Part shown: positions 24,097-32,726 of the stretch, one piece after another
How the letters are laid out: each line of letters starts with the position of its first letter
How positions within the stretch are numbered: position 1 is the first letter of the stretch
Assembly (NCBI RefSeq): GCF_025526975.1
Contig: NW_026515682.1
Coordinates: forward strand, 496,001-560,000
DNA length: 64,000 nucleotides
DNA from: Fimicolochytrium jonesii
Taxonomy: Eukaryota
Reading direction: 5' to 3'
Position numbers and translations under genes: made by a program
Notes under the pieces: model-generated
What the model was told of the DNA's origin: nothing
Database searches by the model: none
The model's input: the letters and a program-made list of their open reading frames with translations, nothing else

Positions 24097-27000
24097 ATGT
24101 CATCACACCAGGCGCTCCAGGGGCACCTGTGGGGTGGCTTCTTTGCCGGAGTTACCACACCACGGCGGAAGAGGAGGAAGGTTGCTCCGGTTACCCCTCG
24201 GTTACGTCTGCCAACCGCTGTGCAGCCAACCTCTGTGCAGACACCATTGCAACCCCCACGATTCGAGCTCCCACCCTCTGTCCATCGCCACTTGCCCCAA
24301 GCAGTTGCAGACATGGTTGGCGAGAGTTCCGGCGATGAAGACGGGCAGCAGCAGCAGCAACAGCAGCGAGGGCTTTCACCCGCGGACAGGGGCCTGCAGC
24401 GTCCGTTGAACCTCCCTGCTCCCATCCCTTTCCTTTTTCCCAGCACCCCGGGTGGATCCCTGGTGCTTGAACCCCCGTCACCACCACCCGCTCAACGACC
24501 CCGGCAGACACATGCAGGCACCAAGGTTTCGCTTCACCGAATCCATAATCAAAATCAAGTTCAAAGGGAGCGCCTGACAACATTCATCGGCAACGTTCAC
24601 ATCCTTGCGCGCCACACCACCTTCTTTCTCAAGTACTACCTTGGTGAGGTTTTGAGGTACACTGTATATTTCCCATGATATTTCCCATAACAATGTCCTG
24701 ACTACTACGTCTGCCCACCGCAGCTGATCATCCTCTACGCGATTTCCCGGACATCACTGACAAGCACATCAGTGTGATGTTTGAGCTGCTCAACAATCCA
24801 GGCTACAACGGCAATCCGGTCATCGCGCAAGAGTTGCGTCCATGGGTTCAAGACTACTGTGATGTTCACGGATTCGCCCCCATACGCATGCGAAATTGCC
24901 AACAGACGGCAGCATACACGGCTCAGAGCATCCTCACAAACCTCAAAGTCAACGTACAAGAGCATTTCATGCAAATGCTTCTGCGCTACATCAACGAAAG
25001 GATTGGTTTGAAGCAAGTCGCACTGCATCTCCGGAGAGCCAGAGTCAACCGAGCGCAGCGGAGACAGTATTATCAGCGGGTCCGTCACTTTACAAAATTT
25101 GCGACGTTTGAAGAGTTTCCAACCGAAGAGGACTTTGCGCGCCTCACACGACTTGAACGGACTGTCCTTGACGAGTCATGGGCTCTGTTTCCTGCCCAGG
25201 ATGAGCCGCTTGCATACAGCCTTGCGGTGGACGCAATGCCATATTTAGGTGAGTTGCATCCTGTATATTCACCCCCCCCCCCCCCCCCCAGGCTCGTGCG
25301 TGGCTGTGCAGTGCCTCGCTTGGTATGCCAACCTGGCCGAGTGGCTGCCCGCCGGGACCCCGGCCGACGTGGTTTGCGATGCGCTGTTGGCGCTGGGCGC
25401 CCGCACGCTTGGCTCCCGCGGCCCCCCCACCCCCCCCCCCGGCCTCGACGACGCCGCCAGTGCGCGCACAGCGGGCCCGGGGCGCGACCGATGCTCTTGC
25501 CCACCGCCATGGCGTCAACGTAACCAGCGCCGCCGACGTGTTCGCCGCGCGCCGAACATAACGCGAAACCCCCCCCCCCCCCCCCTGCGGTGCCCTCTTT
25601 TGTCTAATCATGGTCTGCACCTGCCTCGCCTCATCACAGGTGCCCACTGTGAACTCTCGCGCCTCTATGAGCGCCGTGGAATGCGCCTGTTCTCCGCTAT
25701 CCCGCTGCGCAAATCTCGAATTCAGTCATCTGTTTGGATCGACACGCTGATCCTAGGCACTCATATCCTGGATGTTGGCCGACGTCGCATGGGGAAACTC
25801 ACTGATGAACGCAAGCAGGAGCTGTGGGGGCAGTTTCTCAATGTGAATGTAAGTCTGTATCCTTTGATGAAGAGGCGCGCGAAGGTCGGGTGGATGGCGA
25901 GACAGCCGGTGAGGATGCAGTCGATGTAGGATTGCGGGATCGGTGTGCACGGGGTCGGTGTGTGCGGGGCTGCCGGTCCCGTGCACGCGCTTGTGCGGGA
26001 CGACGGGGGCTGGAGCTCGTACACCCACACGACAACGGGCGCGGCGGGGGATGTGGTTGTGGTTTCAAACGGGTGTGAGATGGTGGGTGAAGATGGCGGG
26101 GTGTTGAAGTGGAGGATCTCGATGTCCTCCACTCTGACCGTTCCGCGGACGTAGTCCTTCTCGCGCTCGTTGGGTGGGTGTGCGGACGGTGCGGAGGCGC
26201 GAGTGCGGGTTGATGAGGGTGCGGCTCTTATTTCAATCACCTTGCTGAATGACGCATTATAGGACAAGGTCTTCAAACATCGAAAGAAGCTTGGTCTCAA
26301 GTTTGATGGGTCAATTAGCACCAACGGGTATTCCGTTACCATCCACTTCAAGAAGCCAGGGCTAAAGTATGGGCATCGGGCCCGGAAGCGCAGCAAGGCC
26401 CAAATGCGGGAAGAAGTCAAGCAGTTGTATTTTGAGCACCACATCGCCGAACTACGGGAGGCTCCAAACATTGTCTGCATTGAACCGGGCAAGCGTGACC
26501 TCCTGTTCTGTCGAGATATTGAGAAGGAGCGGCCATTTCGGTAAGTTTCAGTTGATTACTACTGCCCTGCTGTCCCCATCCCCCCCCCCCTTCCCCAACC
26601 CTCGACTTTGCGGAAGATGGTGCGGAGGTGTTTGCGGACGTTGACTTGGAAGGGGTGGTTCCCCTGTTTGCGTACACGGGCAACGAATCTGGGCGAGAAT
26701 CCTTGCGGATCTGGGCGAGGAGTTCGTTGATAGAGTTGGACGAGCACGGAGCTGTCGATGGGAACGCCGCCAATGACGGAGCAGCCGCGGTTGGTTTGCT
26801 TGTCGCCGTCGCGCGTCATATCGCTCGTCGCGTGGCCCATGTTGATGACCTGCATGACGGTGTCGAGGCCAACCCTGTCTCCGCCCCCAGCCCCCCGTCT
26901 CCGCCCCCCAGCCCCCCGTCTCCGCCCGCCAGCCCCCCGCCCGCCCGGAGAGACATGACAGAGCGGAAGATCAATGCCGGCGTTGCTGAGATGGAATCAC

Positions 27001-27769
27001 ATATTCCATCGCACAAGAGCATGAACATCGAGGCGTTCTCAGCGTTCCTTGTGGATTACAAACATGCGGGTATGATGTTCTACTTCAACTTTAATTTTCA
27101 ATATTTGGTAATACATGGGCTGACATCCATCCATATCCCAGATCCCGCCCTGGATGAATTTTACCGGGATGAGATTCACGTCGCTCGCAGGTTCAAGGCG
27201 TTCTCACTGCGGCAAAAGTCTGAGAGCAAGCTCATTAAGAATTTGCGACGCCGGTATGGAAAGCATTTTTCGGTCATCTTGGGTGATTGGAGCGATGCTG
27301 GGAAAACGATGCGCTTTCAGGAGTCATCAAAGACCAAGGGGTGAGTGACCATCATTGGTAGTACCTACGATGTATTATAATATGCTAACTCATCATGGAA
27401 ATCAGATTCCGCACACTCTTTGCAAGAAACAGCATTCCATGCTACTTGCTAGATGAGTATCGAACGTCGTCCGTGTGCCCAGACTGCCACGGCCGTGTGA
27501 AGAAAAACATCCAACAGCGGCTGTCATCTTGGCCGTGGCAAGCTAGAAAGGGAAGAATGGAATACGTCCATGGATTGGTGGGTTGCCCCAACCCCGAATG
27601 TATCAACCAAGACTGGACGCCATTTGGGATTCCTGGAAGACAACCACTACGACTACGAATGAAAGCGCACAATCGGGACGTCCTAAGCACCAAGAATTTC
27701 CTCTCGATTGTGCGTTCGGTGGTGTTTGGCGATGGCCGCAGACCAGACGCATTCTCCCGTAACCGGTAG
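24097..27769 (+). CDS. Fanzor1 copy B, 7 exons; no stops in exons, but RuvC-I D>E and the start of exon 5 is deleted
   Basis: Exons 24097-24643, 24724-25248, 25640-25848, 26263-26540, about 26933-27069, 27142-27340 and 27406-27769, with consistent phases. Motifs: ILTNLKVNVQEHF, IVCIEPGKRDLL, VILGDWS, LLDEYRTSSVCPDC, CPNPEC, HNRDVLSTKNF. Confidence 0.9.
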
Positions 27770-27934
27770 TCTAGAATTTTCACCCCATTCAATGTTCCGT
27801 GGTGGTTATCTGCCATCCACATCATTGTACCTCTGCCGGAGGCATCGCCGATGATGGCAACTTGTAAACAGAACCATGACAGCCGGCGAAGATACGGGCC
27901 ATCTCAAATATTTACATTTCCAAGCTACGGTTAC
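27759..27934 (+). ncRNA. Candidate Fanzor omegaRNA scaffold
   Basis: Overlaps the stop codon and extends 3'. Nested stems: 27759-27776 with 27918-27934, GTGGTT/AACCAT, TGCCATC (27811) with GATGGCA (27853), and CCTC..GAGG and CATC..GATG hairpins. Confidence 0.5.
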
Positions 27935-28298
27935 TATCGAGAAAGCTACCAGCCATCATAACGGAGTGAACAGCACACTTGAGTGGATCCGTCTACCCAA
28001 GTAGAGAGATCCTTTGCTGGCTGCTACTAATACAAGCCCGTGTTGACGCAGCGGCCCAGGATATTCGTCAAGGAATGTGCTCGTTGCACTCAACCCGCTG
28101 CAAAATGCAGTCTTACGCCGCTCGCGTTCATGGGTATATCCACCCGACAGAGCCCGCCGACGCGTCCGTCAATACTCTCAATTGAGGGACATCATGCGAC
28201 CTTTGCATGGACAGGGCCTTCCCTCTCTGACTCCCGTGATGGTGAAAGATGCTCATCCCACACGACAAGCGGTAAACCACCACCATACCTAATTTCTA

Positions 28299-29364
28299 TC
28301 AATCCCTACCCAACTCTCCTTCCTCCTCCTCGCCACGAGTATCGCCACCTTCCCGCCCAACAACATCCATCCGCTCCGCCGCCCCATCCTGACTCTGCGT
28401 CCCGGACCGATCCCGTCGCGCGTTATCGGCATCGTCCACGTCCATCCCCGTATGCTCCGCTGTCGCTGGCGCGCTGCTCTCGTTCGTAGTGTTCAGTGCG
28501 GCTTTGCGCTTTGCTTCGAGGAGGAGTTGTGTGGTCTTGTCGTTGTGTTCTTTGGGGAGGTAGTAGATTTGGGAGCGGCGGCCGTTGTGGGTTTTGAGGA
28601 AGTGGGATGTGTTGCGGATTTGTGCTTTTATGTGCTCTTTCTGGAAATTTTCGAGCGGGAGTAAGTGGCGGTCCTGAATACTTCACGAGCCATAGATCTT
28701 CATTCCCCTTCCTACCGTTTTCTCTATCCTCTCCTGATCCTCTTGCTCCCGTTTCGCTTTCATCATTGCGCTGCGCTCTTTGAAATCCTGCTCCACCTGC
28801 ACCGCCAACTCTTCCTTCTCTTTCTTTAGCTTCTCTTGCAGCTTCTGCTCGATCTCCTCCCTTCGTTTCTCCTACAACCGTGCGGCACGTTGGTTAGACT
28901 GCGGAGTTCATCACACCACCAGTTCCTAGCGCCTGTACGAGTCACAAAGACAAGTTGTTGGCCACGACATGAATGGTACATACAGCTTCAGTCTTCCGAG
29001 TCGTAGATTTAGCCGCTTTCTGCAGTGTCCCGTTCAGTATCCCGAACATTCGTCGTGATCGCTTTGTGAGGTTCTCGTCCATGCTTAACCGGGGTCGTTT
29101 CTATGTGTATGCGGAGATCATAGCTTCAGTCTCGACGCCGCGTAACATATCCTGTCCGGTCGTCCAGCGTACCTCCCCACCGTTGCTAACGGGTGCTGGT
29201 AAATCCCTTACGACATCTTCGTCGCCATCCATTTTCCTGCAAAAGCAATAGCATTGGAATTCGAAGTGATACCACGCGCCCCGTTTCACCGATCTCTCCG
29301 CTTACTCTTCTTTTACCGGTGCTTCCACCGGTGATGGGTCAGAAGGCTGCTCTTCGACCATCAT
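28299..29364 (-). CDS. Pinin/SDK/memA-domain protein, multi-exon
   Basis: KRSRRMFGILNGTLQK, EKRREIEQKLQEKL and HFLKT...IYYLP motifs. Confidence 0.78.
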
Positions 29365-29591
29365 GATTGCGTGGTGTTTGGGAGTGTTTGCTTGACAGGT
29401 GCTGTAGTTCCTGTTTGTGTGCATGCAGTGTTGCATGAGGGTGTGGGGCCCAACGACAGCCGAACTATATTGATGCGTCACGTGGTTCCAAATCATTCTT
29501 ATTTCAACGCCCAAGCTCCAGCAACCGAGCAACGCTTCAAGATTAGCACCATCGCCACTTCTACGCACCGAGAACAAGATTAGCAACAGCC

Positions 29592-30890
29592 ATGCACCGA
29601 ACCGCCGTCGCTCGTCAGACGGCGAGCCATACCTACTGCAGTGCGAAATGGGCGGACTACATCACCGCCACTCGAGCTCGTCGTTCACTGCTGCAGCAAG
29701 GAATGGCCGGCCCACGATGTCCTAGCAATGTACGGCTGCTATGTAGCACACCGTGCATACGAGCGAACGATAACTGGAAGAGTAGCGGCTTCACTCCACG
29801 GCCACCACCGCGGCGGCCATTGCCGTCTCTCGCGGGTCCCCCACGAGGGCCACCTCCGTTTTCTCCCTTCCAACGGCAACAACAGCAGCAACAACAGCGG
29901 GACGCCGTTGACCAGAAGGAGCAGAATTCGCCGCTTCAGCAGCCTGAAACACCACCACAACCCAAAGCAGTACCAGGATGGCGAGCTCAGCTGGAAAGCC
30001 AACAGCAGGCGCGAAACAGTCGCGGCAAAACGGGGTCGCCATCCCCCGCTTCAGCCGGTGCCACGCCGGTCGAACCCGAGCGACCGATGAACGAACGCAT
30101 CCCATACCCCACCATCATCCTCGTCTCCATCACCGGCGAAAACCTCGGCCCAAAACCGCTCACCGAAGCACTCACAACATTCGATCGCGCAACAGCCGAT
30201 CTCGTCCTCGTCAACACGAAGCTGGACCCACCATTATGCCGCGTGATGCCAAAAGACAAAGCAAAAGCACGCGCAATAAAAGCGGGTCTAGCGGCGTTCG
30301 AGAAACCGGTGCGAAACGCCAAAATCGCAAAGGAGGTGGAAGGGAAGGTGGTGGTGGTGGACGTCGAGACAGGGACCACGAAAGGCGTGATGTCTGTCGA
30401 CGACGCATTGAAGGATCTCAAACTCGACACCTACACACTGCTGCTGTACTCCCAGGGCACCGTACCCAAATCCTTCCCCAAAGCGACCGTCGAACCACCA
30501 GAGAACGGCGCGGTCGTGTACATCGTCTCCCACGACGAGCAGGACCGCCTACGCGCCGAAGGCCGCTCCTCCTCCTCCTCCTCGAAATCCAAATCCAAAT
30601 CCGGGAACGCATCCAACAACGTCGTAAAAGAGATCGAACTGGGCTCAACCATCTCCGCGCACGATCTGCAGATCAAGCTCGCCAAGGCGCGGCAGTTCCT
30701 TGAAAGTAAACATCGGCTGCAGATTGGAATTGTGCAGAAACGCGGCGCGCCAAAAGGAGCGGTCCAGACGCTGGTGAAGAGTGTCCGGCATGAGTTGAAG
30801 GGGTTTGGAACGGTGGTGAATGAGCAGGAGGCGGAGAATGGGAGAAAGACGTTGTTGGATTATACGCCGGGGCCGCCGAAGAAGAAATGA
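29592..30890 (+). CDS. Mitochondrial translation initiation factor IF-3 (start may be the later Met at 29703)
   Basis: MNERIPYPTIILVSITGENLG...DLVLVNTKLDPPLCRVM (IF3-N) and KEIELGSTISAHDLQIKLAKARQFL (IF3-C). Confidence 0.85.
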   Translation: MHRTAVARQTASHTYCSAKWADYITATRARRSLLQQGMAGPRCPSNVRLLCSTPCIRANDNWKSSGFTPRPPPRRPLPSLAGPPRGPPPFSPFQRQQQQQQQRDAVDQKEQNSPLQQPETPPQPKAVPGWRAQLESQQQARNSRGKTGSPSPASAGATPVEPERPMNERIPYPTIILVSITGENLGPKPLTEALTTFDRATADLVLVNTKLDPPLCRVMPKDKAKARAIKAGLAAFEKPVRNAKIAKEVEGKVVVVDVETGTTKGVMSVDDALKDLKLDTYTLLLYSQGTVPKSFPKATVEPPENGAVVYIVSHDEQDRLRAEGRSSSSSSKSKSKSGNASNNVVKEIELGSTISAHDLQIKLAKARQFLESKHRLQIGIVQKRGAPKGAVQTLVKSVRHELKGFGTVVNEQEAENGRKTLLDYTPGPPKKK

Positions 30891-31347
30891 GCGGGACTGG
30901 ATTTGGCAACCCTCTGTCGAAGCCCGCGCGTCCTTGGCCCAAAGTTTCATATTTGCCAGCCATTTGCCCGCTTTTCTCGGGGTCAAAAAAGCTGTTTGTA
31001 AATACGTCGAATACACTGCGGCGTGGGAAGGGATGGTTTACATCCGTGATGTGCGACGCATTTCAGTATGCAAAGTGAAGTCAGTATGCAAAGTTCAGTA
31101 TGCAAAGTGAAGTCAGCCCTGTTGCGTGTGGGATTCAATTCATCCCACGAACAGTTTTCCAATACTTGTGTCTCGAAGTTTCCACGCAGCACAGGCAGCA
31201 CAGGCATGTCACGGAGCAGCGCATCCGGCACGCAGAAGACGCAAGACGCTGCCAAGGCAAAACAATGAGCGGGTGAGTGACTTGGACATGGACTGAGGCA
31301 ACATGATCTCCATGTTCTCACGCTAACGCAAGTTCCCCTCCAGAAAG

Positions 31348-32685
31348 ATGGTGACCCCGCCAGACAATAGGCCCGATGCCGTGGAAGCTGCAATTCTCAA
31401 ACAGGTTGAGTACATACTTCTGACCCAAGAGCAGAAGTTGAAGCTTAGTCTACGCATGACCGCTAACCCACTTTCCACAGACGAAAACCTCCCAAAAGAC
31501 AAATACCTCAACGAAGTCCTCCGGCTGCACCAAGGCTGGGTGCCCATTTCCGTCCTGCGGAGTTTCAAAAAATTGAAAGCGATTCAGTCCGACAGCGTGC
31601 GGATAGCCATTGCGTTGAAGAAGAGTGATGGGATGCTTGAGGTCGATGGGACGGGGAAGAAGGTTAGGAGGAGGACGCGGATATCTGCGAATGCAAAGGG
31701 GGTTGACAAGGAGGCACAGAGTAAGGAGGGGAAGAGGAAGACAGAGGATGAGCAAGGAGAACGGAATAGCGATGAGGTATGTGAAGGCAGCTTTCTTGCG
31801 AGAAGGGGGGGGGGCTTCCTGTGTTTGTTAGCTCACATTCTTCTTTCCTACACACCTAGACCGCCTCAAAGAAACGTCGCCAAACACAGCCCACCCCATC
31901 CACCACCCACCCAATCCCACCCGCCACAGCCCTCGACATCTTCCACACCCGCCACTTCAGCCAATCCGTCAAACAAACCTTCTTCCAAAACCCCATATTC
32001 GGGCCTCTCACATCGTCTACGGCCGCGCCGATAGCGCATGATGCAGACAATTACTGGTCAAAGTTGTGCACACCGTGCGCAGAGTACTGGTCGAATTACT
32101 ATAGCCAGCAGCAGGACACGTTAGACGTCACGGGTGTCACGGATGAAATGGCCCCGACTGAGGAAGATGAAACATGGGAAGCGGACGAAGATGTTACATA
32201 TGAGGAAGATGTTACATATGACAACGAAGTCGCATACGACGACGACAAAGATGCCGCATACGATGACGAAACCGAACCATCCTACATCCTAACCCCCGGC
32301 ATGATCGACATGTTCCGGCACCCGGCCACCTGGAAGATCGAGAAGCGCCGGATAGCGGAGGAGATGGAGGCGAAGGAGGCTGCAGGTACGTTTTCTCCCG
32401 TTTCACGCGCCTACCCCACGTACATATTGCCGCCACAATCTCACATATCAGCCCATTCTCTCATTCTACCTGCCAGAAACAGCAGCATCCACAGCCCAAT
32501 CCAACCTCAACACATGCACCCCCGCGACCCGCTTCGCCGCTAAACAACATCTGGATGGCGCCGATGGTGCGTACAAGGTTATTCTGATGGAAGACGCTTT
32601 GACGGAGTGGGTCAAGACGGGGACGGAGAAGGGGAAGGGGAAGGGGCGGAAGAGGGTTGTGTGGCCTATTGTTCCTATCAAGTAG
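31348..32685 (+). CDS. La-motif (HTH) protein with a Gemin8-like C-terminus
   Basis: ILKQVEY...DENLPKDKYL...GWVPISVLRSFKKLK. Introns 31777-31859 and 32387-32476 give an in-frame C-terminus LTPGMIDMF...KVILMEDAL...VVWPIVPIK*. Confidence 0.65.
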
Positions 32686-32726
32686 GGGCTAGACGTAGGG
32701 ATTTCCCCCACCACCGACCACCGCCC

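Larger units (their letters stand above)
22722..27934 (+). mobile_element. Non-autonomous Fanzor element, copy B (no transposase seen)
   Basis: Similarity to copy C starts at CCGCATATTCCCT (22722 vs 61052) and covers leader repeats, the palindrome and the Fanzor gene. The right end is inferred only from a closing stem. Confidence 0.65.

Noticed and set aside
24097..27769. Bacterial IS200/IS605 or IS607 tnpB, or Cas12 contamination
   Set aside because: Six spliceosomal introns, an NLS and flanking fungal genes; no tnpA or serine recombinase nearby.
31062..31116. TCAGTATGCAAAG short tandem repeat
   Set aside because: Small intergenic slippage repeat with no further structure.
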